A program made the position numbers and the translations under genes. DNA of 64,000 nt from an uncultured Lachnospiraceae bacterium (lineage in GTDB: Bacteria > Bacillota > Clostridia > Lachnospirales > Lachnospiraceae), in assembly GCA_946616365.1 (NCBI GenBank), contig CAMOIX010000004.1, positions 17,555 through 81,554 of the forward strand, read 5' to 3'. The notes below the pieces were generated by a model. That model had not been told where the DNA came from, searched no databases, and was given only the letters and a program-made list of their open reading frames with translations. Each line of letters opens with the position of its first letter. The stretch's first letter is position 1. Positions 55,836 through 64,000 of this stretch are shown here, piece by piece.

Positions 55836-57731
55836 ATGGACAGGACAAGGCTGAAGAATATAATAGCGAATCACAAATATGAGATTCTTGATAGTATAGC
55901 AATCGTTATTCTTGCTCTTTTTCCTTTAAGACATATCCATATAGGAGGAGATCTCGGCGACACGGGATATAATTATGCGAACTTCCTCTATATGGGAATG
56001 GATCATATGGATCCCATGTGGATGTTCTCCACATATATATCCAATATCGTTGGACATTTCATGACTGTGCTCCCCTTCGGAGATACGGTCCTGGGACTTA
56101 ATTTCTACACGGCACTCACTGAGACCGTGATCGCCATATCGGGTTATCTGTTCTATACCAGGCTGGTCAAGATCCCCGGGATATATGCTTTCCTGGGTGA
56201 GTTCTTTGCACTTTGCCTCTGCTGGTGCCCGACAGCTCTTCTGTATAACTATCTGACATACTTTTTCCTTTTTGTTGCCTGCGTGCTCGTAAGGCAGGGA
56301 CTTGTGATGGGAAGGAACAGGTATCTGGCCGGGGCGGGAGCGCTCCTGGGGCTCAATGTATTCGTCAGGTTCTCAAATCTTCCTGAAGTCGTGCTGATAC
56401 TGATCGTCTGGATATACTGCATATATGAGTATAAGGACAGGGTACGCGGTGAAGCTCCTGCCATCAGGGGCAGGGAGAGAAGAAATGCCCTTGCCTCCAT
56501 GGGAATTCGGACCGGACTCTGTATCGGCGGCTATCTGGCCGCAGCGGGAATTGTGCTTTTGTATATCGGACTCAGATACGGGTTCCCGGTATACTTCGAC
56601 TCGATCAACAGACTGATGGATATGCCGGAGTCGGCTGCGGACTATTCGGCGGTCGCCATGATAAAGTCCATAATCCATGAATATATCGATATTTTCTATT
56701 GGATCATAAGGGGAGCGATATTCGTGATAGCAGGCGTTATTATATCAATCCCGGTAAGGAATTACACCGGACATGTCAGCGCCAGACTCAAGAATATCTG
56801 CATATCTCTGGCCGGAGTCTTTTTCGCGGGACTCATGATCTTCTGGTGGATCGTAGGCATAAACGGAAGCGGCGGGCATTTTTGTTCTACGGCATATTAC
56901 AGCTACGACTCCATGTACAGGTGCGGAGTCATCTGTCTCGTTCTTATGCTTGTGACCGCCCTGATCATTATGGTCAGGCCCGGAGTTGCCAAGGAGGACA
57001 GACTGACAGCCATGATAATGGCGGGAGTGATACTCGTTACACCTCTTGGCAGCAATAACAGGCTCATGCCGGCGCTCAACAATCTGTTCTTCGCGCTTCC
57101 TTTCTTTATCTACAAGGTGCGTGTGGTTGCCTTTTTCAAGGATCCTGTCATCAGATTTAAGAAGAGAGATTTCTCTTTTGCCATACCGACACTCCCGGGC
57201 AAGATAGCCGGAGGATTCTTCCTGGTGCTCTGTGTCATTCAGTTCTTTGGATTCGGAGCAAAGTTCGTATTCCAGGAAGGGACCGGAGTTCGAAGTGCGC
57301 ACAGCTACGTTGAGAACTGCGAGGCTATGGATAAGATCAGAGCTGATGAAAAGAGAGCTTCCGAGATATCGTTCGCGGCAGATTATGTAAACCAAAACGG
57401 GCTTGAGGGCAGAGAGGTCATCATAGTCGGAAATGTCCCTGCGCTCAGCTTTTATCTGAGGATGCCGGCAGCGTTCAACCCTTGGAGCATATTAGATTCG
57501 TACGATCCCGATATATACGAGGAGAAACTCACAGAAGCACTTGAAAAGAGCGTGAATGATCCGGATCTTCGTCCCGTTATCATAGTGGATACCAAATACC
57601 TCTATACCGATGGGGAGAAAGCTCCGATGAAGAGTACGGAAGAGAGAAAGTGGCTCTTTACCGAGAAAATGATCACGGAATACGGATATAAGATGACCTG
57701 GGGAGGTGAGCTCTTTGCAATTTACGAGTGA
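55836..57731 (+). CDS. large polytopic membrane protein with C-terminal soluble domain (possible GT-C-type glycosyltransferase)
   Basis: 631 aa. The start abuts the upstream stop. About 12 TM helices and a ~170-aa extracytoplasmic C-terminal domain. The function guess rests on architecture only. Confidence 0.6.
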   Translation: MDRTRLKNIIANHKYEILDSIAIVILALFPLRHIHIGGDLGDTGYNYANFLYMGMDHMDPMWMFSTYISNIVGHFMTVLPFGDTVLGLNFYTALTETVIAISGYLFYTRLVKIPGIYAFLGEFFALCLCWCPTALLYNYLTYFFLFVACVLVRQGLVMGRNRYLAGAGALLGLNVFVRFSNLPEVVLILIVWIYCIYEYKDRVRGEAPAIRGRERRNALASMGIRTGLCIGGYLAAAGIVLLYIGLRYGFPVYFDSINRLMDMPESAADYSAVAMIKSIIHEYIDIFYWIIRGAIFVIAGVIISIPVRNYTGHVSARLKNICISLAGVFFAGLMIFWWIVGINGSGGHFCSTAYYSYDSMYRCGVICLVLMLVTALIIMVRPGVAKEDRLTAMIMAGVILVTPLGSNNRLMPALNNLFFALPFFIYKVRVVAFFKDPVIRFKKRDFSFAIPTLPGKIAGGFFLVLCVIQFFGFGAKFVFQEGTGVRSAHSYVENCEAMDKIRADEKRASEISFAADYVNQNGLEGREVIIVGNVPALSFYLRMPAAFNPWSILDSYDPDIYEEKLTEALEKSVNDPDLRPVIIVDTKYLYTDGEKAPMKSTEERKWLFTEKMITEYGYKMTWGGELFAIYE

Positions 57732-60318
57732 AGAAACCCCTGAGATCAGAGTATCCGTAAGGACACTGGTCGAATTCATCCTAAGGAGCGGCGATATAGA
57801 TAACCGCAGCAGCGGCGGAGCCGAGACAGCCATGATCGAAGGCACCAGGATCCATAAGAAGCTCCAGTCCTCCATGGGAGGGAACTACCGGGCGGAGGTA
57901 CCTCTCAGCTGCTTTGTGGATACTGGAAAATACCGCTTATGCATAGACGGACGCGCCGACGGGATAATAGAAGATGATAACGGTGTCACGATTGACGAGA
58001 TAAAAGGTACTTACAGAAATATCGAACGCATGCAGGAGCCTGTGCCGATCCATTTGGCACAGGCTAAATGTTATGCATATATGTACGGGAAGGATACGGG
58101 AGCGGATGAGATAAGGGTCCGCATGACCTACTGCAACCTCGAAAACGAGGATGTGAGGATGTTTTTCAGCGATTATACCTTTGAGGAGCTGGAAAGCTGG
58201 TTTGACGGACTGGTATGCGAGTATCAGAAATGGACAGACCTTAAGTGGGAATGGATGAAGACCTGCCGGGCCTCGATAGAGGGACTGGAGTTTCCATATG
58301 AGTACAGACGAGGACAGAGGAAACTGATAAGCCAGGTATATCAAGCTTTTATAGAGAAACGTAAGTTATTTTTAGAAGCTCCGACGGGCGTCGGCAAGAC
58401 GATATCCACACTCTTTCCTGCCATTCATGCCATGGGAGCGGGACTGGCGGACAGGGTCTTTTATCTGACGGCCAAGACCATAACGAGGACTGCTCCGGTG
58501 GAGGAGATAGCCGGTCTCAGGGAGAAGGGACTCAGGTGCAGGGATATAGTGATCACTGCCAAGGACAGGATCTGCCCTATCTGTGAGGGCGGGGAGAGGC
58601 CTGAGTGCAATCCCGAGAGCTGTCCCTATGCGAAAGGTCACTTTGACAGGGTAAATGCAGCTCTGTACGAGATGCTGGAGACCGAGGAGGAACTGACCAG
58701 GCAGACTGTTATGGACTATGCCGGGAAGTATACCGTCTGTCCCTTTGAGATGAGCCTGGATGCCTCTATGTTCTGTGATGTGATCATTTGCGATTACAAC
58801 TATCTATTTGACCCAAAGGTGGCTCTGAAGCGATACTTTGAGGGCAGCTCTGACGTATCCAATATATTCCTTATCGATGAGGCCCATAATCTGGTGGACC
58901 GGGGAAGGGAAATGTACAGCGCTCTTCTCCTGAAAAGTTCCGTAAGTAACCTGACACGAGTGTTAAAAAAGACAATCCTGTCGGAAACATATACAGGGGG
59001 TAAAAAGAAGCCTAACGACGGGCAATTGACATTACTCTTGACGGAGCAGACGCAAAGTGATGAGCAGACAGATATAATTGCACTCGATTCAATATCGGAC
59101 GACATCGAAAAGGCGTATGATACGCTCTACAGGAAGGGTAAAAAAGGAAAAAGATCCAAGGGAAAGTCAGTCCTCGTAAGAGAGGGGTATGCCCAGAGAA
59201 TGGTCCACCATCTTGAGAAATTAAATTCGCTCATGCTGGAGATGAAGAGAGAGTCGGAAGGCGGAAAAGTACTGGGCGGAGCGGATGATCTGAACCTGCT
59301 CGTGTCTAAAATCACGGGTGTTATCAAAGAGTATCTGGAAGAGAGAGAGGAGAAGAGGCCGGATGTAGTCGATGATATTCTCTCGTTCTATTTTGATGCA
59401 TCATTCTTTAATGAGATATATGATGAGCTGGATGAGAATTATACCATATATGATAATATTGGGGACGATGGGGACTTTTCGGTAAAGCTTCTCTGCGTTG
59501 ATCCGTCCGTCAAACTCCGGGAGAGGATGGCAAACGGTATCAGCAGTATCCTCTTTTCGGCGACTTTACTTCCTATTAAGTATTATAAGCAGCTCCTCGG
59601 CGGGACGGATGAGGACTATGAGGTATATGCCGAGAGCGTATTTGAGAAGGATCAGTACGGTGTTTTCATAGCCGGAGATGTCAGCACGAGATATAAAAGA
59701 AGAAACTACGAAGAGTATAAACGAATTTCGGTTTACATAAAATCTGTCACAGAGGCAAGGAAGGGCAACTATATGGTCTTTTTCCCTTCATACAGTGTGA
59801 TGGAAGCTGTCTATGATATCTATACGGCGGAATTTGAAAAAAATGAGTCACATTCGGGTTTGCCGGGCAGCACAGTGATCATGCAGTCTCCCAACATGAA
59901 GGAGGAGGAGAGGGAGAAATTCCTGTCCTATTTTGACGGAAACGGGACTGTAGCATTCTGTGTTCTCGGTGGTATATTCGGAGAGGGTATAGACCTGAGG
60001 GGAGATAAGCTCATCGGAGTAATAATAGTAGGAACAGGCCTGCCCATGGTGGGCTTTGAACGCGAACTTCTCAAGGATCATTTCGATAATGAAGGCATAA
60101 ACGGGTTCGATTATGCTTACAGATTCCCAGGAATGAACAAAGTATGCCAGGCTGCGGGTCGGGTTATCCGCACTGTGGACGATAAAGGGGTGATAGTGCT
60201 CCTTGATGATCGCTTCCGGGAACCTTCCAACCAAAAGATTTTCCCTTCTGAATGGCAAAATTATCTTATTTCGGATCAAAACGGGATTGATTTTCTTCTG
60301 CGTGATTTCTGGTCTTAG
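57706..60318 (+). CDS. PD-(D/E)XK nuclease domain fused to an XPD/DinG-type Fe-S DNA helicase
   Basis: N-terminus has GTRIH, IDGRADGII, IDEIKG (D...ExK) and QAKCYAYMY. Helicase has Walker A APTGVGKT, a 4-Cys cluster CPICEGGERPECNPESCPYAKGH, DEAH box LIDEAHNL and Helicase_C_2-like QAAGRVIR. The start is ambiguous: GTG 57706, or TTG 57715 which lies 8 nt after GGAGG. Confidence 0.85.
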   Translation: MSSLQFTSEETPEIRVSVRTLVEFILRSGDIDNRSSGGAETAMIEGTRIHKKLQSSMGGNYRAEVPLSCFVDTGKYRLCIDGRADGIIEDDNGVTIDEIKGTYRNIERMQEPVPIHLAQAKCYAYMYGKDTGADEIRVRMTYCNLENEDVRMFFSDYTFEELESWFDGLVCEYQKWTDLKWEWMKTCRASIEGLEFPYEYRRGQRKLISQVYQAFIEKRKLFLEAPTGVGKTISTLFPAIHAMGAGLADRVFYLTAKTITRTAPVEEIAGLREKGLRCRDIVITAKDRICPICEGGERPECNPESCPYAKGHFDRVNAALYEMLETEEELTRQTVMDYAGKYTVCPFEMSLDASMFCDVIICDYNYLFDPKVALKRYFEGSSDVSNIFLIDEAHNLVDRGREMYSALLLKSSVSNLTRVLKKTILSETYTGGKKKPNDGQLTLLLTEQTQSDEQTDIIALDSISDDIEKAYDTLYRKGKKGKRSKGKSVLVREGYAQRMVHHLEKLNSLMLEMKRESEGGKVLGGADDLNLLVSKITGVIKEYLEEREEKRPDVVDDILSFYFDASFFNEIYDELDENYTIYDNIGDDGDFSVKLLCVDPSVKLRERMANGISSILFSATLLPIKYYKQLLGGTDEDYEVYAESVFEKDQYGVFIAGDVSTRYKRRNYEEYKRISVYIKSVTEARKGNYMVFFPSYSVMEAVYDIYTAEFEKNESHSGLPGSTVIMQSPNMKEEEREKFLSYFDGNGTVAFCVLGGIFGEGIDLRGDKLIGVIIVGTGLPMVGFERELLKDHFDNEGINGFDYAYRFPGMNKVCQAAGRVIRTVDDKGVIVLLDDRFREPSNQKIFPSEWQNYLISDQNGIDFLLRDFWS

Positions 60319-60351
60319 GTAAATCTCACTTTTCTATATTTTGTGTTTTTC

Positions 60352-60381
60352 AAGTGCTCCTACACAAGAGCACTTTTTTTC
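60352..60381 (+). terminator. intrinsic terminator after the helicase gene
   Basis: AAGTGCTC, ctacacaa, GAGCACTT followed by TTTTTT. Confidence 0.7.
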
Positions 60382-60814
60382 TGCAAAAATGCGTTTTTTT
60401 GCGACTTTTTCGTATCAGTTTAATGAGATAATATGCGAATGCGGTTAACATAAAGTAAAATAATTCATGTGATTTTTCATTAAATAACACATTAAAATTT
60501 GCGATTATGTAAACAAAATATGTCAGAAATGAAGGAAAAGCAGTCGATATTTAACCTTAAAACAAGTGTTAGGAATAGTGCTTGACACATTTGTCATATT
60601 GTGGATAAGCAGGTGGAAATCGTGGAAATGTAAATCAAAATTTCGATAGATCCAGCAGAAAGGACTGAATATGACAGGAGAGTTTGCGAATTTCATTTTA
60701 GGCATAAAATTGCAACCACCCGCTATAGAAAAGTGATCAAAAAAAATTTTATGGAAATTCTGAAATCAACAAATATTTTAGTTGACGTAAAACACGAAAA
60801 ATCATCGAATAATT

Positions 60815-60940
60815 GTTCTCCGGACCCTTTCCGGTTCCCTCAGGGACGATTTTTCCTCCCGGAAAATGTGACACATGTTTCGGAAATGAGATCCCGGTCC
60901 TGCCAATGATCCCTTCCGGATGCCTTCGCATGCATATTTT
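60815..60940 (+). other. GC-rich, CCGG-motif-dense island inside an AT-rich 720-bp spacer (possible structured leader RNA)
   Basis: CCGGAAA (60859-60865) can pair either with upstream TTTCCGG (60827-60833) or with downstream TTTCGG (60878-60883). A TTGACG-N18-GAATAAT promoter-like element sits just upstream (60782-60812). No family recognised. Confidence 0.25.
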
Positions 60941-61040
60941 GGAAAAAAAACTATTCGAAATATGCCAAAAAGTCTTTTGAATACTGAGTTTTTGTGGTAG
61001 AATATCTCTTTAATTGCGAAAGAAATGAGGTGGAGCATCT

Positions 61041-62351
61041 ATGTGGGCTTACGAAAGCGTTTTTTATCAGATCTATCCGCTTGGATTCTGCGGTGCACCC
61101 TTTGAAAACGACGGGGTTTGCGAGCATCGCATACTCAAAGTGATCGATTGGATCCCTCACATGACCAAGCTCGGGATAAATGCCATTTATTTCTCCCCTG
61201 TGTTCGAATCGGACACTCATGGCTACAATACCAGGGATTTTTCGAAGATAGATGTCAGACTCGGTACAAACGAGGACTTTGCCAAGGTCTGCAAGGCGCT
61301 CCATGAGAACGGTATAAAGGTTGTCCTCGACGGTGTATTTAACCATGTGGGACGCGGATTCTGGGCATTCAGGGATGTCCTCGAGAAGAGGGAGGCTTCA
61401 CCCTATGTGAGCTGGTTTCAGCGCATCGATTTCGGAGGCAATTCCAACTACAACGACGGCCTCTGGTATGAAGGCTGGGAGGGCAATTACGACCTGGTCA
61501 AGCTCAATCTCTGGAACAATGATGTCGTCGAGCATATTTTCAGCTGCATCAAGGGCTGGGTCGACGAGTTCGATATAGACGGATTAAGACTTGATGTTGC
61601 GTATTGCCTTAGCGACGATTTCTGCCGGAGACTCAGAGGCTTCACAGACGGCCTCAAGGAGGATTTCTTCCTGGTGGGAGAGATGCTTCATGGGGACTAC
61701 AACAGACTCATGAATGCCGGCCTCCACGCCACGACCAATTACGAGTGTTATAAGGGCCTCTTCAGCAGCTTGAACAGCTACAATCTCTTTGAGATAGTCC
61801 ACTCGCTCTTAAGGCAGTTCGGCCCCGAAAACTGGACACTTTACAAAGGAAAACACCTGTTATCATTTGCGGATAACCACGATGTTACCCGAGTGGCCAG
61901 CATACTAAATAACAAGTGTCATATTCCAGTGATTTACGGGCTGGTTTTCGGAATGCCCGGTATCCCCTGCGTCTACTACGGCAGCGAATGGGGGACTGAG
62001 GCCAGGAAAGAGGAGGGAGATCCCGCACTAAGAGCCTGCTTTGATCAGCCCGAATGGAATGAACTCACTGACTTTATCTCCAAGCTTGCCAAAGCGAAAA
62101 CCGGTTCCGAGGCACTTAACTACGGTGATTTCAGATCGATAGTCCTCACGAACAGGCAGTGCATATTCCAGAGATGCTCGGAGCACGAGAGAGTGCTCGT
62201 GGCGATAAATGCCGATGAGAACCCGTACACCGCTCATTTTGATGCAGGATGCGGTATGGCTGTAGATCTTATAGACGGATCAAACCATGATTTCGGTGGC
62301 GGCAGCGTACTTGAGCCGTACAGCGTACACTTCTGGAAGTGTGAGAGATAA
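61041..62351 (+). CDS. GH13 alpha-amylase family glycoside hydrolase (cytoplasmic, no signal peptide)
   Basis: GH13 regions I-IV: VLDGVFNHVG, GLRLDVAYCL, FLVGEMLH and SFADNHDVTR. GAGGTGGAG Shine-Dalgarno. Confidence 0.9.
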   Translation: MWAYESVFYQIYPLGFCGAPFENDGVCEHRILKVIDWIPHMTKLGINAIYFSPVFESDTHGYNTRDFSKIDVRLGTNEDFAKVCKALHENGIKVVLDGVFNHVGRGFWAFRDVLEKREASPYVSWFQRIDFGGNSNYNDGLWYEGWEGNYDLVKLNLWNNDVVEHIFSCIKGWVDEFDIDGLRLDVAYCLSDDFCRRLRGFTDGLKEDFFLVGEMLHGDYNRLMNAGLHATTNYECYKGLFSSLNSYNLFEIVHSLLRQFGPENWTLYKGKHLLSFADNHDVTRVASILNNKCHIPVIYGLVFGMPGIPCVYYGSEWGTEARKEEGDPALRACFDQPEWNELTDFISKLAKAKTGSEALNYGDFRSIVLTNRQCIFQRCSEHERVLVAINADENPYTAHFDAGCGMAVDLIDGSNHDFGGGSVLEPYSVHFWKCER

Positions 62352-62398
62352 CAACGAAGGCAGCTTTTAAGCGGCCCGAAGATAAATAGGAGACTTGT

Positions 62399-64000
62399 AT
62401 GAAAAAGGAACTTGCAAAAACCTACGATCCGAAAGGGATCGAGGACAGACTTTATCAGAAATGGCTTGATAAGAAATACTTTCACGCCGAGGTAGACAGA
62501 TCGAAGAAACCCTTCACGATCGTCATCCCGCCCCCGAATATAACCGGACAGCTCCACATGGGACATGCACTTGACAATACCATGCAGGATATCCTTATCC
62601 GCTGGAAGAGAATGCAGGGATATAATGCCCTCTGGCAGCCCGGAACCGACCACGCTTCCATAGCCACCGAGGTCAAGATCATCGAGAAACTCAAGGAAGA
62701 GGGCATAGACAAGCATGACCTCGGACGCGAGAAGTTCCTCGAGAGAGCGTGGGATTGGAGACGCGAGTACGGCGGAAGGATCGTTTCCCAGCTCAAGAAG
62801 CTTGGCTCATCCTGTGATTGGGACAGAGAGAGATTCACGATGGATGAGGGCTGTAACCGTGCGGTTACCGAAGTCTTCGTAAAGATGCACGAAAAAGGAT
62901 ATATCTACAAGGGCGCAAGGATGATCAACTGGTGTCCTGTATGTAATACCTCGATCTCCGATGCGGAGGTTCTCTATGAGGAGCAGGCCGGACATTTCTG
63001 GCATATCAAATACCCCCTCATCGATGAGGCTACAGGAGAGCCCAGCACGACCGAGTTCCTTACCTTTGCTACCACCAGACCCGAGACCATGCTCGGAGAT
63101 ACGGCCGTTGCGATCAATCCGGATGACGAGCGTTATCATAACCTGAGAGGCCGTAAAGTCCTGCTTCCGCTCATGAACAGAGTGATCCCCATCGTAGAGG
63201 ATTCCTACGTAGATATGGATTTCGGAACAGGTGTTGTTAAAATAACTCCCGCTCATGATCCCAACGATTTCGAGGTAGGAAAGAGACATGACCTGCCCGT
63301 TATCAATATCATGAACGACGATGCAACGATCAATGAGAACGGCGGAAAGTACGCCGGCATGGATCGCTATGAGGCTAGAAAAGCCATCGTCAGCGAGTTG
63401 GATGCCCTCGGACTCTTGGTTAAGATCGAGGATCATGTTCACAACGTAGGTACTCACGACAGATGTAAGACCACCATAGAGCCCCTCGTTAAGGAACAGT
63501 GGTTCGTCAGGATGGACGAGCTTATCAAGCCTGCGAGAAAGGCCGTAGCTGACGGCGAGATAAAGCTTGTTCCCGAGAGAATGGACAAGATCTATTACAA
63601 CTGGACTGACAATATCAGAGACTGGTGCATCAGCAGACAGCTCTGGTGGGGCCACAGGATCCCCGCATACTACTGCGACGAGTGCGGAGAGACTGTTGTT
63701 GCGGCGCAGGAGCCCTGCAAATGTCCTAAGTGCGGAGGCAGCAAGTTCACACAGGATCCTGATACGCTCGATACCTGGTTCTCATCGGCGCTTTGGCCTT
63801 TTGAGACTCTCGGCTGGCCTGACAAGACCGAGGACCTTGATTACTTCTATCCGACCGATGTACTCGTTACCGGATATGACATAATCTTCTTCTGGGTTAT
63901 CAGAATGATATTCTCGGGATACGAGCATATGGGCAAGAAGCCCTTCAGCACCGTATTCTTCCATGGACTTGTACGCGACTCCCAGGGCCGCAAGATGAGT
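62399..64000 (+). CDS. valS: valine--tRNA ligase, C-terminus off-window
   Basis: Not in the ORF track because there is no stop within the window. ATG at 62399 follows [28 protein letters not shown]..., the HIGH motif [15 protein letters not shown], and [13 protein letters not shown]. The frame stays open for 534 codons to base 64000. Confidence 0.95.
   Translation, partial: MKKELAKTYDPKGIEDRLYQKWLDKKYFHAEVDRSKKPFTIVIPPPNITGQLHMGHALDNTMQDILIRWKRMQGYNALWQPGTDHASIATEVKIIEKLKEEGIDKHDLGREKFLERAWDWRREYGGRIVSQLKKLGSSCDWDRERFTMDEGCNRAVTEVFVKMHEKGYIYKGARMINWCPVCNTSISDAEVLYEEQAGHFWHIKYPLIDEATGEPSTTEFLTFATTRPETMLGDTAVAINPDDERYHNLRGRKVLLPLMNRVIPIVEDSYVDMDFGTGVVKITPAHDPNDFEVGKRHDLPVINIMNDDATINENGGKYAGMDRYEARKAIVSELDALGLLVKIEDHVHNVGTHDRCKTTIEPLVKEQWFVRMDELIKPARKAVADGEIKLVPERMDKIYYNWTDNIRDWCISRQLWWGHRIPAYYCDECGETVVAAQEPCKCPKCGGSKFTQDPDTLDTWFSSALWPFETLGWPDKTEDLDYFYPTDVLVTGYDIIFFWVIRMIFSGYEHMGKKPFSTVFFHGLVRDSQGRKMS

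Noticed and set aside
60711-60727. The minus-strand GGGTGGT segment (reverse complement of CAACCACCCGC) resembles a T-box core.
   Set aside because: It is on the wrong strand for GH13/valS. It is only a 7-nt match, and I could not find a specifier-loop or terminator/antiterminator architecture around it.
60671-60909. Small ORFs in the long spacer: 21 aa (60671-60736, MTGEFANFILGIKLQPPAIEK, with an AAAGGA Shine-Dalgarno) and 52 aa (60751-60909, no Shine-Dalgarno).
   Set aside because: Neither shows similarity to anything I know, and the second lacks a ribosome-binding site. Coding cannot be supported from a single sequence. They are kept only as part of the unexplained-spacer finding.
62807-63655. 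282-aa minus-strand ORF, the only long track ORF in this region.
   Set aside because: The plus strand here encodes an unmistakable ValRS (HIGH motif and editing-domain segments). It is missing from the track only because it has no stop within the window. The minus ORF is a shadow frame.
1-64000. Scanned for CRISPR arrays, rRNA, IS elements, integrases and prophage genes, including around both tRNA genes as potential integration sites.
   Set aside because: I saw no regularly spaced direct repeats, no transposase, recombinase or phage structural signatures, and no duplicated tRNA 3' ends to mark att sites.

Overview
This 64-kb chromosomal segment looks like a Lachnospiraceae-type Clostridia genome. 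That placement is inferred from gene content and codon usage (strong GAG/AAG/CTC/AGA preference, roughly 50% GC) and no search was run. All protein family calls come from motifs I recognise in the supplied translations. The backbone is housekeeping: a 5'-truncated M29-like aminopeptidase, purE-purM-purN-purD, a small GntR/YtrA-like regulator coupled to clpC, radA, tRNA-Trp, purL-carA-carB, tRNA-Leu, greA, a GH13 glycosidase and a 3'-truncated valS that the ORF track does not list. Accessory and signalling genes are interspersed: three paralogous orphan hybrid histidine kinases (HisKA-HATPase-REC-Hpt) with different sensor modules, a MATE exporter, AraC and TetR regulators, a 1557-aa FecR/LRR surface protein, and an envelope-modification cluster (MraY-like, CPBP, acyltransferase-3, large polytopic protein). 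I found no CRISPR array, rRNA, transposase or integrase. The best candidates for undescribed biology are listed below. (1) A translationally coupled minus-strand operon at 38784-42950 encodes an MthK/RCK-type 2-TM channel with a non-canonical pore loop, a stand-alone cNMP-binding protein, and a fusion of a DUF2974/Mbeg1-like serine hydrolase to a D-Ala-D-Ala-ligase-like ATP-grasp. (2) A hybrid kinase at 35540-38686 has a sensor built from a 2x[4Fe-4S] ferredoxin, an [FeFe]-hydrogenase H-domain-like module and an RnfB-type Cys motif. (3) A TraX / 7-TM / PAS-like / GGDEF fusion heads an operon with an extended HAD hydrolase and a lipoprotein. (4) An AT-rich islet at 16695-18165 carries a single-chain HTH / GHKL-kinase-like / STAS-like (DUF4325) protein next to decayed antitoxin-like fragments. 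(5) A near-consensus promoter overlapped by a perfect 15-bp inverted repeat sits in front of gntR-clpC, where many Bacilli have CtsR. Smaller observations include gene remnants, repeated motifs, a possible leaderless mRNA and an unexplained 720-bp spacer.
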